Source of the DNA: Chitinivibrionales bacterium
GTDB lineage: Bacteria > Fibrobacterota > Chitinivibrionia > Chitinivibrionales > WJKA01
Length of the DNA stretch: 64,000 nucleotides
Assembly (NCBI GenBank): GCA_038247415.1
Contig: JBBRUX010000017.1
Coordinates: 1 to 64,000 of the forward strand
Direction of reading: 5' to 3'
Both the position numbers and the translations under genes were made by a program. Positions within the stretch are counted from its first letter, which is position 1. Every line of letters begins with the position of its first letter. The notes below the pieces were generated by a model, which did no database searches, was not told the origin of the DNA, and worked only from the letters and a program-made list of their open reading frames with translations. Below, piece by piece: positions 49,242 to 59,786 of the stretch.

Positions 49242-49841
49242 TTAAGCACTGTGGGTACAATTTCGATGTGCTGTCAATAATCGTTGAACCATAGTAATCC
49301 CCGCAAGGACCGACAACGCTGCCAAACCATACAGCATATATTGTTTTCCTATGAGGAGCAAAAGACACAACGCAATGATTCTTTCGGGGCGCTGCATGAA
49401 ACCTTTATTACAGGTAACACCCGCCCCTTCGCATCGGGCTTTGATATAGCTTACCATTACTGAAAGCGAAAGTGCAATAAAGGAGATGGTTACCCCATAT
49501 ACCTGAGTGGTTTGTGTTGTGCACAGCAGGTAATACCATATCAGGCCGCCAAACCAGGCAATCTCGGTTACCCGATCGCACACCGAATCTAAAATTGATC
49601 CAAATTTAGTTTTTTGATCGTATTCACGTGCGAGCACGCCATCAAGGCCATCAAAAAGAGACCCGATCACAACAAAGGCCATGCCAGTTTTCCATCGGCC
49701 TGTGGCGATCCATGGTGCCGCTAGAATAGAAATCCCGGTCCCCACAAGCGTTACCCCATTGGGAGTTAAACCCATTGCATGGAGGATCTTTGCAACCGGC
49801 CGTAGAGTTGCATTATAGAGCGGCTTAAGATTTTCAATCAT
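49242..49841 (-). CDS. CDP-alcohol phosphatidyltransferase
   Basis: TPNGVT and the signature DGLDGVLAR...[11 protein letters not shown]. Confidence 0.92.
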   Translation of the reverse strand: MIENLKPLYNATLRPVAKILHAMGLTPNGVTLVGTGISILAAPWIATGRWKTGMAFVVIGSLFDGLDGVLAREYDQKTKFGSILDSVCDRVTEIAWFGGLIWYYLLCTTQTTQVYGVTISFIALSLSVMVSYIKARCEGAGVTCNKGFMQRPERIIALCLLLLIGKQYMLYGLAALSVLAGITMVQRLLTAHRNCTHSA

Positions 49842-49926
49842 GATGGTATCTTTCTTTGACTTGGGTATTTCAAAAATATATATTACTAGACTGTGTTTAT
49901 TTAGAATTTTCCTTCAGGAGGATATC

Positions 49927-50109
49927 ATGTCGAGAGTTTGTGAAATCTGCGGAAAACATCCCCAGACCGGTAATACCATCAGCCATGCACATAATGTTAA
50001 CAAACGCAAGTTTAATCCAAACATTCGTAATGTTAAAACCAAGGTGAGCGGCAATACGGTAACTACTAAAGTTTGTATGAAGTGCCTAAAGGCAACAGCC
50101 GTTATTTAA
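49927..50109 (+). CDS. rpmB: 50S ribosomal protein L28 (Zn-binding form)
   Basis: [19 protein letters not shown]...GN.ISHAH...VCMKCLK. Confidence 0.95.
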   Translation: MSRVCEICGKHPQTGNTISHAHNVNKRKFNPNIRNVKTKVSGNTVTTKVCMKCLKATAVI

Positions 50110-50141
50110 TAGATTGTTTCGCTTAAGAGCATTACAATTTT

Positions 50142-50173
50142 AAGGCGATCTTCCGAAGGGATGATCGCCTTTT
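50142..50173 (+). terminator. Intrinsic terminator after rpmB
   Basis: AAGGCGATC...GATCGCCTTTT. Confidence 0.75.
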
Positions 50174-50219
50174 GTATTATTCTCTCCCATGTATCTGTTG
50201 GCGCCCGGTATTTGTAGTA

Positions 50220-51080
50220 TCAATGCATCCCAAAAAGTGCTAAAATGCTTCTTCTGGAAATATTTGCTTGTGCAATCATTGCAGTAATCGATTGACTGCG
50301 GATATCTGCAGAGGTGTAGGCGGTCATCTCCTCTGCATCGTTGATATCGCTTATCGAGGAATCGACGCTCTTGATATTTTGAACAATCGTGTCGAGAACA
50401 TTAGCCTGTGACTGCATCGAATTGACATACCCGCTTGCTTTTGACATTACCCCTTGTCCCCAGCTGGTTGCAGTAGCAACGGCGGTTGTTGCGCCGGCGA
50501 TATCGCGGGTACCTGCAGAACTGATATCTACCGCTTGAAGTGGGGTAATAATATCAGCCGTTGTCGCATAATATGTTCCTACCCCTTTTGTTATTCTCAT
50601 GTCAATACTCATGGTGGCAGATGCGTCGGGGTTTAAGTTAAAGGATATTACTTCAGAACCATCTGTGGCAGGCTTTAAAAGAGCTTTTCCCTGAAACACC
50701 GTTGTGTTAACAATGTTTTGAAGGGTTGTTACATGCTGCTGAAACTCTGAATTGTATGCATCTTGCAATGAGTGGTCGGTAGTCTGGTTTGAGAGATTGA
50801 CAAGATCGTTCAACCTGCTTATTTCTTTATAAGCATCTCCCGATGCGGTGCTGGCAACCTCCAATCCGCCGCTCCACGTTGTTAAATTGGTCTTGATATT
50901 TGCATAATCTCTTTCTTGCGTTTTGTAATTGGCGCTTCGAATAAATCCTACGAGATCGTCGCTGGGGGATTGAAATTTTTTTCCTGTGGCAAGCCGTTGA
51001 TACGATCCTGCGAGGGATTGATTGTTTTGTTGATAGAGCGATGAAAGCTTGTACATGGTAGCAGAAAATGATGAGATCAT
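50220..51080 (-). CDS. Divergent flagellin
   Basis: QRLATGKKFQSPSDD N-terminus, S.ISDINDAEEM...AMIAQAN C-terminus, and a sigma28 promoter. Confidence 0.85.
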   Translation of the reverse strand: MISSFSATMYKLSSLYQQNNQSLAGSYQRLATGKKFQSPSDDLVGFIRSANYKTQERDYANIKTNLTTWSGGLEVASTASGDAYKEISRLNDLVNLSNQTTDHSLQDAYNSEFQQHVTTLQNIVNTTVFQGKALLKPATDGSEVISFNLNPDASATMSIDMRITKGVGTYYATTADIITPLQAVDISSAGTRDIAGATTAVATATSWGQGVMSKASGYVNSMQSQANVLDTIVQNIKSVDSSISDINDAEEMTAYTSADIRSQSITAMIAQANISRRSILALFGMH

Positions 51081-51212
51081 AAGACACCTCCCTTGTTAAT
51101 AGCTTCTGGGCATTGATACACCCGCTTCCCCTCGTGTGCGTCAATGGGAGCCTATGCATATGGTGATATGCAGTAATACCATGATAATTATGGTATAATA
51201 GCTCCAATTTTA

Positions 51213-51239
51213 GTATCGGCATTTTTCTAAGAAACTTTA
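51213..51239 (-). promoter_or_regulatory. Sigma28 promoter of flagellin
   Basis: TAAA(GTTT)-N15-GCCGATAC, near consensus. Confidence 0.85.
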
Positions 51240-51288
51240 ATTTTTTTTAATTTAAAACAGAGTGCTTATAATGCAGGGGGCAAAGGCG

Positions 51289-52050
51289 CTAGATTTTTCC
51301 GAGGGATGCGTCGGGTACCCAGCCACTAACGCCATTTTCCAGGCTTACCAGAGACCAATTATCGAGGCTTTGACGAATGCGAAATTTGGTGCCCTCATGC
51401 GCAGAAAAGAGTACAATGGTTCCGCTCGGCTGATTTTTGGCATCAACCGTTGGAGCAAGAACTATTGCTTCGTGGATGGTTTCGGAAGAATAAAGCTTAG
51501 CTCCTGCAGATATTCCTATAGGTAGAATAAGAAATCCTAGAATCGCTATACCATATATAAACCAGAGGCGCATGTGTCTGCCTGCAAAAAGAAGCATGCT
51601 CGCAAACGCTAAAACCAAAGTCCAGAGAATAAGCAGCACCCAAAGCTCTCTGTTGAGTGGCAGTAGGTTATGGGCTCTGGAGAGGATTGCTGCCAGAAAT
51701 CCTTGTGGCGCCATAACAATGGCATCGATTTGCCGAGATTTGAGAAATGTTACATTTGCTTTGATGTCGGGGTCGGAAGGTGAAAAGGTCATTGCCTTTT
51801 CGTAGGAGAGCCGAGCCATACCAATGTTATTGGCCCGGAAATAAGCATTGCCGAGATTGTAATAGATATCGCCATTTTCTGTTCCCGTTTCAATAACCCC
51901 ACGATAGCACGAAATTGCGCTATCAAAAGAACCTTGTTCATAAAAACGTGCTGCTTTCTGCATTGCAAAATTGGCTGAACTTGCAGATGTCTGCGCAGTT
52001 CCTATAAGCATACAACTAAAAATAAGATGAGCAATCGTTACTAATTTCAT
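51289..52050 (-). CDS. batE: BatE (TPR + TM + SH3)
   Basis: YYNLGNAYF TPR, two TM helices, and HEGTK..W..GWV SH3; last gene of the bat operon. Confidence 0.85.
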   Translation of the reverse strand: MKLVTIAHLIFSCMLIGTAQTSASSANFAMQKAARFYEQGSFDSAISCYRGVIETGTENGDIYYNLGNAYFRANNIGMARLSYEKAMTFSPSDPDIKANVTFLKSRQIDAIVMAPQGFLAAILSRAHNLLPLNRELWVLLILWTLVLAFASMLLFAGRHMRLWFIYGIAILGFLILPIGISAGAKLYSSETIHEAIVLAPTVDAKNQPSGTIVLFSAHEGTKFRIRQSLDNWSLVSLENGVSGWVPDASLGKI

Positions 52051-53861
52051 GATTTTTTCGCCTTGCGCGCAGCTTGCTCGAGCGTGAGAAGAAGGTTTTT
52101 GGCTAAGACTATTATTTCACTTTGTGCGGTTTCTGTAAGAATTTCTCCCCCGAAACGGTAGCAATCTGTCTTGTTAAAAAAAGTGGTAAGCATATGCGAT
52201 GCATTCGTTTGAAGACCGTGCTGGATAAGGGATTCAACCAATTCATCCTGTGTTTTGCCCAGAGCTACAAAGCTAAATGTATTGGTTATGTATTCTTCGA
52301 GTAAAGCTGCTAGAAATCCTAAGAATACCAGATTGTCGTGGGACGGATTTTTGGTTTTTAAATGGGCATCAAGTTTTTTATTGGCAATAACAAAAGCTTT
52401 ACGCTTGAGCAATTTTGTTGGATCGGCGGCGTGTGATTGTTTCTGGATTTTATACACAAGGGCTGCAAAAAAGCCAAAGAGAGGAAAGGGGAATAAAAAC
52501 CATACGATAAGCGGCGGACGATTAGATTGAGGTCGAGATGAGCCAGGACTCTTGATATAGCGTATATCTCGCCCGCGTTCTAAAATTTCCGATTGATTAC
52601 GGGATGCATAGGCAGGCTCTATCCGTTTAGCTCCGCTTCCCTTGGTAACCATGAGATTGAGCGAATCGGTGCCGATGGTTTTATATACCCCAAGGGTTGG
52701 ATTGAAGTAGGTGAAGGTAAGTGGAGGGATAGTTAGTAGACCCTCTACCGAGGGAATAAGCAGATATTTAGAACTACGATGCGAAACTAGCCCATTGGCA
52801 GTAGTGTCGACGCCGTTTTGCTTTTCGGGTGGAAAAACTTCACAATTGGCAATTGAGGGGAATTTAAGGTCGTCGATATTGCCAAGTCTGGTATTTCCTT
52901 TAAGCGCTACTTTGATGGTGGCAGCATCTCCCTGAGCAACGGTTTTTGGGTCGATACTTGCATTCAACGTAAAGTCTCCTACGGCGCCATTAAAGTTGGC
53001 TGGTTGCGTGGGGAGTGCTTTAAGCGTTAGTGTAAGTGTATTTGATAAAGCAGATTTTGGGATCTGTTGCACACTACCTCCAAAAAAGTCATCGAAAAAA
53101 GGATCGCGCGAGCGCGATGCAACTCTTTGCTGCAAAACATACTCAAAAGGAATTGGTCCGATTGTGCTTGATCCAGGTTTAAGCGGGAAGAGGGCATAGC
53201 GAACTGCAAAAATGTGGTACATTTCGCCATCGATTCGTTCGGGCGCATCTTTGGGGATCTGGGAGAAGAGCCTGCTTACCGAAAAATCTGCCGCAAGTGA
53301 TTTTTCGAGTTTGTCAAAACAGGGCATGAAATTGTCAATAGAAAGTGGTATGGGGGCACCATTTTTAAGTGCTACAGAAAAAGTGAAAATGAGTTGTTCT
53401 CCAACATAGACGTCTTTACGAGGAACGCTCATACGAATGCGAACATCAGAATTTGCAATGGGTTCTTTAGTAACGGTTATGAGTACTGGTTGCGTTGAAT
53501 GGGTAGTCCCATCGAGGGTAAATGAAAGTGCTGGGAAAGTAAATTGACCAGTTTTTTTTGGGGCTATATAATAGTAAATCATGTAATTAATCTGATTAAT
53601 TTGGGTCATTTGGCCATTGATAATAGAAATAGAAGAGTTTTGAGATTGATTCTGGTTTGTACGCATTACCGTAAATAAATCCGTTGGTGGAATTTCGGGG
53701 ATTGGTACCTTTAATTGTTTGTTACTTTGGATACGTATCGTAATGAGGGCTTGTTCCCCCATGGTAATCACTGTGCGCTCTGCAGATGCGGATATCTCAG
53801 TTTCTCCATAGGAAATGGTAGCTAACACTAAAAGCATAAGGGAGAAAGTACGAAGTCGCAT
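52047..53861 (-). CDS. batD: BatD family protein
   Basis: True start ATG 53861 (MRLRTFSL signal peptide); VYVGEQ, FNGAVGDF, YFNP and DIRYIK. Confidence 0.85.
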   Translation of the reverse strand: MRLRTFSLMLLVLATISYGETEISASAERTVITMGEQALITIRIQSNKQLKVPIPEIPPTDLFTVMRTNQNQSQNSSISIINGQMTQINQINYMIYYYIAPKKTGQFTFPALSFTLDGTTHSTQPVLITVTKEPIANSDVRIRMSVPRKDVYVGEQLIFTFSVALKNGAPIPLSIDNFMPCFDKLEKSLAADFSVSRLFSQIPKDAPERIDGEMYHIFAVRYALFPLKPGSSTIGPIPFEYVLQQRVASRSRDPFFDDFFGGSVQQIPKSALSNTLTLTLKALPTQPANFNGAVGDFTLNASIDPKTVAQGDAATIKVALKGNTRLGNIDDLKFPSIANCEVFPPEKQNGVDTTANGLVSHRSSKYLLIPSVEGLLTIPPLTFTYFNPTLGVYKTIGTDSLNLMVTKGSGAKRIEPAYASRNQSEILERGRDIRYIKSPGSSRPQSNRPPLIVWFLFPFPLFGFFAALVYKIQKQSHAADPTKLLKRKAFVIANKKLDAHLKTKNPSHDNLVFLGFLAALLEEYITNTFSFVALGKTQDELVESLIQHGLQTNASHMLTTFFNKTDCYRFGGEILTETAQSEIIVLAKNLLLTLEQAARKAKKS

Positions 53862-53865
53862 CGAG

Positions 53866-54750
53866 CTACCAATCCTTTTCTGGAGTGCCACTCTGCGAAG
53901 CTTTAAGCTTTTGCTGCGGTTTATTAAGTTTGTCTTGATCGTCTGCAAATTGTTCGATGAGTCTTTTGGCCTCTTCTTTTTGTTTTTCTTGTGCTGGGTC
54001 AAGCTTGGATTGAGGCATTTGTTGCGATTGAGGATTTTTCTGATCCTGCTGATTTTGCTTATCGTCTTGTGGTTTGTTCTGATCCTGATTTTTTTGGTCG
54101 TCTTGCTTATTTTGATCTTGATTAGGTTTATTCTGATCTTTGTTTTGATCCTTATTGTTTTTATCAGATTGATTCTGATCTTTATTTTGATCTTTCTGAT
54201 CCTCGTTCTGGTCTTTTTTGTCATCTTTCTTTTGATCTTGCTTCTTCTGTTCCATGTTTTTAATTTGTTGTTGAGTCAATTGCACATTCCACTTGGCATC
54301 ACGATCAGAGGGCGAGGCATCCAGAGCTGTTATGTATTTGTCAAGGGCTTGTTTAAAAGTTTCCTGAGCTTTAGAAGGGTCGTCCTGCGATTGTTCTTGA
54401 GCCTGTCGGAACAGTGTGTTTGCTTGGTTATAAGCTGCAGAGCCTTTAAGTTTGCCTTTTGCATTTTTTTGTGCAGCTTCAAAAGATTCCGAGGCTTTAT
54501 CAAACTGCCCAAGTTTATAATGGGCGGATCCTTTGTTGAAAAGTAAAGCAGGATCGGATGGTGTTTGAAGAAGTGCTTCGTCGTAAAGTTTGAGCGCATT
54601 CGCATAATCGCCAGATTTCATAAGCGTATGAGCTTTTTCGTTGGTTGACCAGGTCTGATCGGCAAACGATAGCACTAGTGCACCGCTTACAAACAATATA
54701 CAAATCGTTCTGTAAAGCTTAAAAAAGGCTGTATGTAGGCGTGCGGTCAT
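53866..54750 (-). CDS. batC: BatC (TPR + Q/D/K/N-rich linker)
   Basis: TPR helices, KDQN-type low-complexity repeats, and a C-terminal KDW. Confidence 0.85.
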   Translation of the reverse strand: MTARLHTAFFKLYRTICILFVSGALVLSFADQTWSTNEKAHTLMKSGDYANALKLYDEALLQTPSDPALLFNKGSAHYKLGQFDKASESFEAAQKNAKGKLKGSAAYNQANTLFRQAQEQSQDDPSKAQETFKQALDKYITALDASPSDRDAKWNVQLTQQQIKNMEQKKQDQKKDDKKDQNEDQKDQNKDQNQSDKNNKDQNKDQNKPNQDQNKQDDQKNQDQNKPQDDKQNQQDQKNPQSQQMPQSKLDPAQEKQKEEAKRLIEQFADDQDKLNKPQQKLKASQSGTPEKDW

Positions 54751-54751
54751 G

Positions 54752-55756
54752 TTACAACTTCCTGGCCCAAAAAGTATGCGCTACAAAAAATTCGGCAATA
54801 AGGAGGATCATAGCGATGAACAAGAAAACCTGATATTGTTCTTCGAATGTGCTCATTGCATTGATGCCTAAATCCTTTTTTTCCATTTTCATGATTTCTG
54901 AATAGATAAGGGCGAGATCCAGATCTGTACCTGCATGAAAATAACGGCCATTACCAATGCGAGCTAAATCTTCTAGAATCTCAGGGTTGAGCTTAGAAAG
55001 AACAAGGTTCCCCGCATTATCTTTTTTGTAAATAACTGAGCCATTCCCCTTTTGTTCTGGTAGAGGAACGCCAGCGAGCGTACCAATACCAATGGTATAT
55101 ATTTTTGTCCCGTTTGCGGAAGCTTCTTTTGCGGCAGCAAGGGGATCGCCATCATGGTCTTCTCCATCGGAGATTATGATAAGCACTTTGTGTTTTTTTG
55201 TGGTGCTTGCAAAAGCTTTTTCAGATACATCGATAGCTGTTGCCAGTGCAGTTCCTGGAATGGGAATCCAATCGGGGGTAACCGCATCAAGAAACATTTT
55301 TGCTGCCCCGTAATCGAGTGTTAGTGGACATTGTACAAATGCATCACCTGCAAAAATCGTAAGACCTATGCGATCACCTTTTAATAGATCAAAAAATTTT
55401 GTTGTTTCGTAGCGTGCGCGTTCGAGACGGTTGGGCTTGATATCTTCTGCCAGCATGCTTTTTGAGATGTCGAGGCACACCATGATATCGATGCCTTTGC
55501 GCTCGAACATCTCCATTTTAAGGCCAAATCGTGGACGGGCCAGGGCGATAATTGCAAAGAGAATAAAAAGAAGAATAAGCGTCCATGAAATAATACGTCG
55601 TGTTGTCAAAGAAATAGTAGTGAGTTTTGACAAAAGGTTTGCGTGCGCAAACCCCTGATGCGATCGGGATAACCTTTGGTAAATGTAAATAAAGTACCCA
55701 ATCCCCAAGGGGAGTAAGAGCAGTAACCAGAGAAGATGTTGTGATCCAAAATTCAT
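54752..55756 (-). CDS. batB: BatB vWA protein
   Basis: ALARP, DISKSM.AEDIKPNRL and FAGDAFVQCPLTLDY. Confidence 0.9.
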   Translation of the reverse strand: MNFGSQHLLWLLLLLPLGIGYFIYIYQRLSRSHQGFAHANLLSKLTTISLTTRRIISWTLILLFILFAIIALARPRFGLKMEMFERKGIDIMVCLDISKSMLAEDIKPNRLERARYETTKFFDLLKGDRIGLTIFAGDAFVQCPLTLDYGAAKMFLDAVTPDWIPIPGTALATAIDVSEKAFASTTKKHKVLIIISDGEDHDGDPLAAAKEASANGTKIYTIGIGTLAGVPLPEQKGNGSVIYKKDNAGNLVLSKLNPEILEDLARIGNGRYFHAGTDLDLALIYSEIMKMEKKDLGINAMSTFEEQYQVFLFIAMILLIAEFFVAHTFWARKL

Positions 55757-55783
55757 ACTGTGCCAGTTTAAGTTGTTGGTTTA

Positions 55784-56791
55784 CTAAGGAATTCTTCTGA
55801 AAACTGATGTGCCCAGAATAATTTCTACAAACAATAGTGCTATACCTGCAAACAACCATACATAAAAGCGGTCTGAATACGTTGTATAGGATTTAGTTTT
55901 AATGACTGTTTTTTCGAGCTTGTCGATTGTGCTAAAAATTTCTTTGAGCGTTTCGGTATTTTGTGCTCTAAAAAAACGTCCTTTTGTTACCTGGGCTATA
56001 TCTGCCAGAAGCGGTTCGTCGATATCAGATTGCATCATCTGAATTTGAGTTCCCACAACCTGCCCTGTAAATTGGTTGATCATTTCCATAGGGTAGGGGA
56101 CTTGGCCTTCTTTACCAATGCCAATGGTGTAAATGCGTATCCCCAATTCTCCGGTAGCTTTCGCCGCTGCAAGGGGGGCAATATCACCAAAGTTATTTGC
56201 TCCATCGGTAAGCAGAATAATAATCTTGCTTTTTGCGCGTGAATCTTTGATGCGATTTGCGGCAGTTGCAATGGCAGTACCAATTGCCGTAGCATCGCCA
56301 AAATCTTCGAAATCTGTCTTTTCGATAAAGTCACTCAAGATGCCATAGTCGAGTGTGAGTGGGCATTTGGTATAGGCGCGTTTTGCGTAAATGACAAGTC
56401 CAATACGATCGTGGTTTCTCTTTTTGACAAATTCCTTGAGCGTTTCTTTTGCCACAAAGAGCCTGTTTTTTGGCTGGAAATCGAGGGCTTTCATGGAGAA
56501 TGATACGTCGGCAAGAAGCATTATATCAACGCCTTCGGTAGACACTTCGTCTTCCGATTGCCCAAATTGTGGCCGGGCAAGTGCAATGGCAAGGAGAATG
56601 ATGCCTATTATTCGTAGTGTGAAGAGACTGTGACGAAAACGAACCCTCCACGAAGGAGTAATTTTTTTAAATGGCGAAAGGTCGGAAAATATGAGTGCTG
56701 GTCGTGTTTTTGTGAGTGATCGGAGATACATCCACACCATGGGGACAATAACAATTAATAATAATAGGGCGTAGGGATCTTTTAATCTCAT
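55784..56791 (-). CDS. batA: BatA vWA protein
   Basis: ALARPQ, DVSFSM.ALDFQP, TAIG and LLTDG.NN.G. Confidence 0.9.
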   Translation of the reverse strand: MRLKDPYALLLLIVIVPMVWMYLRSLTKTRPALIFSDLSPFKKITPSWRVRFRHSLFTLRIIGIILLAIALARPQFGQSEDEVSTEGVDIMLLADVSFSMKALDFQPKNRLFVAKETLKEFVKKRNHDRIGLVIYAKRAYTKCPLTLDYGILSDFIEKTDFEDFGDATAIGTAIATAANRIKDSRAKSKIIILLTDGANNFGDIAPLAAAKATGELGIRIYTIGIGKEGQVPYPMEMINQFTGQVVGTQIQMMQSDIDEPLLADIAQVTKGRFFRAQNTETLKEIFSTIDKLEKTVIKTKSYTTYSDRFYVWLFAGIALLFVEIILGTSVFRRIP

Positions 56792-57834
56792 GGTTCTTTA
56801 CCAATCCCCGGTGATGCACCTGTGCTAGGAGCCGAAGATGCTGCGGCTCCTTTGTTTTGAGCTGCTGCGATAGGCGAGGGTCGCGTTGCATCAAAAAAAG
56901 CTCGGGCGTCACCAGAAAACCGTGTGAGTATTTCCATTGCGGGTATACTACGAGCAAACTTGACTGGATCGGTAGTTTTAAAAAACCATGAAAGGCGATT
57001 TTTTTCATCGGCAGGCAGTGGTGCAATTTCAATCCAACAAAGCATCTCTTCGGTAGTGTATTCTGAGGCGGGAATAGAAAAAGATCGTTCTATATACCGC
57101 TTGATAATATCGGAAACTGCAAATGTATATTCACGAATGAGCCCAATGCTAAGAAATCCCTTCGAGAGGAGTGTTTCTAATGCCAGAATCGCTTCTTCGT
57201 AGGGGGGAAGCAGCGCTGCTGCGGCGTTAACCATCTCGATTTTTTTCTTGCGCCTTGACCATAGAAAAAGAATTGCTGCAACACCAATGAAACCGCAGGT
57301 TATCCAGAGCCACCACAAAGGTGCTTTGCCGGCAGACTGCAAGGGCTTTAAATCTTTGATATCAACCGTATCGCCTGTTACTACCGAAGAAACTCGAATG
57401 GGGTATGCTTGTGAAAGGAGTGTATCGGTTGTTGCTTGTTTTGTTTGCAAAAAAGTGAGCGCCGGAATAGTGCATGGTTCTACAGTATACAGCGTTAAAA
57501 CATAGGTGTAGGTGAGGCTATCGGCATTTTTTAAACTCGTTTTTGTGGTGGACAAATCTTTGAGAGTAAATTTACCAATGCTTTTTTGAATGTCTGGCGG
57601 CGTAATGGTCGCATCTTGAGGAGCCAAAATAGAAATAGTGAGCGTTATTCGATCCCCTACAGTCATAGTGTCTGGATTGACGCTCGTATATACAATTGTT
57701 CCGAATGCAAATGCAGCCCCCATCAAGAGAATTCCAATAGTTCTGCAAGCAGTTCTGTTGATGTTACTACTCGTTTGGGGAGCTTGGTTACTCATGCACA
57801 TGGTTGCATTCTTGGCAGAAACAGGGTTATCCAT
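56788..57834 (-). CDS. Conserved membrane protein that normally precedes batA
   Basis: Ig-like domain, DIK..P, one TM helix, PYEEA, TTEE and D.VKFA. Exact start is uncertain. Confidence 0.75.
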   Translation of the reverse strand: MDNPVSAKNATMCMSNQAPQTSSNINRTACRTIGILLMGAAFAFGTIVYTSVNPDTMTVGDRITLTISILAPQDATITPPDIQKSIGKFTLKDLSTTKTSLKNADSLTYTYVLTLYTVEPCTIPALTFLQTKQATTDTLLSQAYPIRVSSVVTGDTVDIKDLKPLQSAGKAPLWWLWITCGFIGVAAILFLWSRRKKKIEMVNAAAALLPPYEEAILALETLLSKGFLSIGLIREYTFAVSDIIKRYIERSFSIPASEYTTEEMLCWIEIAPLPADEKNRLSWFFKTTDPVKFARSIPAMEILTRFSGDARAFFDATRPSPIAAAQNKGAAASSAPSTGASPGIGKEP

Positions 57835-58052
57835 CCGGCGTCCTTTATCATCAGCAAGGAGCTTATATTTGTATAATGCTAAACTTATCGAAATTTACTA
57901 CGCATCTGGTATAAAAATATTGTTTTTTTCAGATTCAGACACTGTACTGTGTAGCTTAAAATTTGATAAAATATAATTTCAGGTTAATATCTGTGTTGGC
58001 TTTATGCGGGTGATATTTCCTTCAAGGGCACACCATTGCGTATTTTAGAACT

Positions 58053-58532
58053 ATGGTGCGCCTCAATTTTTCATGGGTAATTCCTCATATGCTGGCGGGG
58101 TCTGCTGTTCCAGGAGGATTTGAATCTTCCGACGAACAAATGGTTCGCATCGATTTGAATTTTTTTAAATCTGAGGGTATCCATACTTTGGTCTCATTGC
58201 AGGAAATGGATCCTCTGTGGGGGGCATGGTGCGCCGCTGCTGGCATTCGATGGATACATTATCCCATCCCCGATTTTTCGACCCCATCCGATATCGCAAC
58301 ATTCGATACGCTGGTTCGTAGTCTCATAGAATCTCTTAACAATAAAGAACCAGTATGTGTTCATTGTCGCGCAGGAATTGGTAGAACCGGGATGCTACTT
58401 TCATGCATCATGGGAAAATTCCTGCTGCTTTCTCCTAAGGCTGCTATTGCAGCAGTTCGCGCAACACGCATGGCTCTTGATACCCCTTTGCAAGAAAAAT
58501 TTGTAGGGGAGTATCTTCGTGATCAATCTTGA
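58053..58532 (+). CDS. Dual-specificity protein phosphatase family
   Basis: NFSWV, PIPDF and the P-loop VHCRAGIGRTG. Confidence 0.9.
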   Translation: MVRLNFSWVIPHMLAGSAVPGGFESSDEQMVRIDLNFFKSEGIHTLVSLQEMDPLWGAWCAAAGIRWIHYPIPDFSTPSDIATFDTLVRSLIESLNNKEPVCVHCRAGIGRTGMLLSCIMGKFLLLSPKAAIAAVRATRMALDTPLQEKFVGEYLRDQS

Positions 58533-58547
58533 AAATAGGATAATGCT

Positions 58548-59714
58548 ATGACAACCGTTTTTGATATTCAAAAATTTTTAATTGCAGACGAAGAAAAACT
58601 GAGCAGGTTTGCACGAAAAAGCTCCGAATCGTTAGGACGTAAATTTCCGATACGCAAAGACCCTTTTAGGCTCGAATTTGCCCGCGATGAGACGAGAATT
58701 CTTCATTCACCCCCCTTTAGACGGCTTAAGCACAAAACTCAGGTATTTCTTTCTCCCAATAACGATCATATTTGCACACGCATGGAGCATGTTCTTCATG
58801 TGTCAAGTATTGCAGCCGTAATTGGCAGATGCCTTCACCTCAATATCGATCTTATTAATGCCATTGCAAAAGGACACGATCTTGGGCATCCTCCCTTTGG
58901 GCATGCAGGAGAGCGAAAGCTCGATTTAATTGTAAAAAAAGAGGGCGTTCCCGAAGGCTTCAAACACGAAATGCATGGACTGCGGGTCGTTGACAAACTC
59001 ACAAATTTTGGCGATGGACTTAATTTAACCTACGAAGTTCGCGATGGCATTATTACCCACTGTGGCGAGAAGTTTGAGCAATCTATTGTTCCCGATCGGC
59101 TCAGAGATCTATCCGAGCTTGAAACCATTGTCGATAGAACGTGGTATCCTGCAACGCTTGAAGGATGTCTTGTTCGCATGGTCGATAGAATTGCTTATTT
59201 GGGCAGAGATCTCGAAGATGGCATTAAAGCTGGATTTATAAAAAAAGTAAATATTCCCTCAAGTGTTGCCAAGGGGCTTGGAACCGAAAATGGCCATATT
59301 ATTGGGCGTTTTGTAAACGATACTATTGCACATAGTCTCGATGCTGACGCTATTTCAATGGGCGACGATATTTTTGAATTAATGCGGATTTTAAAAGATT
59401 TTAACTATCAATACATTTATACTAATCCCGAAGTTACCCAAAAGACCCTTAAATCAGATCGATTGTTAGAACTGATGTTTTACGAGCTTAAAGAGATTTA
59501 CGAAAAATCTGAACAAGGGCGCAATGTTTCTTTTGTGGCAAACCTTATTCGCGAAGCTCCCTCTATGCAGATATTTTTTGATTTTGCAAAAAATTCAAAC
59601 TATACCGAATGTACTGGTGTGTGGAGGATTATAACCGATTATATTGCGGGAATGACCGATCTTTTTGCACAAAGAACCGGGGCCGAACTTTTTCTCCCTA
59701 CCCCTGTTGTCTAA
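58548..59714 (+). CDS. dGTP triphosphohydrolase-like HD protein
   Basis: FRRLKHKTQVF, TRMEH, HDLGHPPFGHAGE and DYIAGMTD. Confidence 0.9.
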   Translation: MTTVFDIQKFLIADEEKLSRFARKSSESLGRKFPIRKDPFRLEFARDETRILHSPPFRRLKHKTQVFLSPNNDHICTRMEHVLHVSSIAAVIGRCLHLNIDLINAIAKGHDLGHPPFGHAGERKLDLIVKKEGVPEGFKHEMHGLRVVDKLTNFGDGLNLTYEVRDGIITHCGEKFEQSIVPDRLRDLSELETIVDRTWYPATLEGCLVRMVDRIAYLGRDLEDGIKAGFIKKVNIPSSVAKGLGTENGHIIGRFVNDTIAHSLDADAISMGDDIFELMRILKDFNYQYIYTNPEVTQKTLKSDRLLELMFYELKEIYEKSEQGRNVSFVANLIREAPSMQIFFDFAKNSNYTECTGVWRIITDYIAGMTDLFAQRTGAELFLPTPVV

Positions 59715-59786
59715 ATCGTATTTTGTATACACGCTGATGTTCATAGTCTGAAAAACCTTCATTTGTTAGCTTGAATAAGAGGTTTT

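Noticed and set aside
54020..54250. Possible tandem repeat or CRISPR-like array
   Set aside because: It is an imperfect coding repeat inside batC, with no constant repeat/spacer structure and no cas genes.
53815..54546. 243 aa hydrophobic ORF on the plus strand, and the K/I-rich 121 aa N-terminal extension of batD
   Set aside because: These are shadow frames of the low-complexity KDQN linker of batC.
58548..59714. Anti-phage dGTPase defence system
   Set aside because: It looks like the ordinary ~390 aa Dgt-like family, with no defence-island context.
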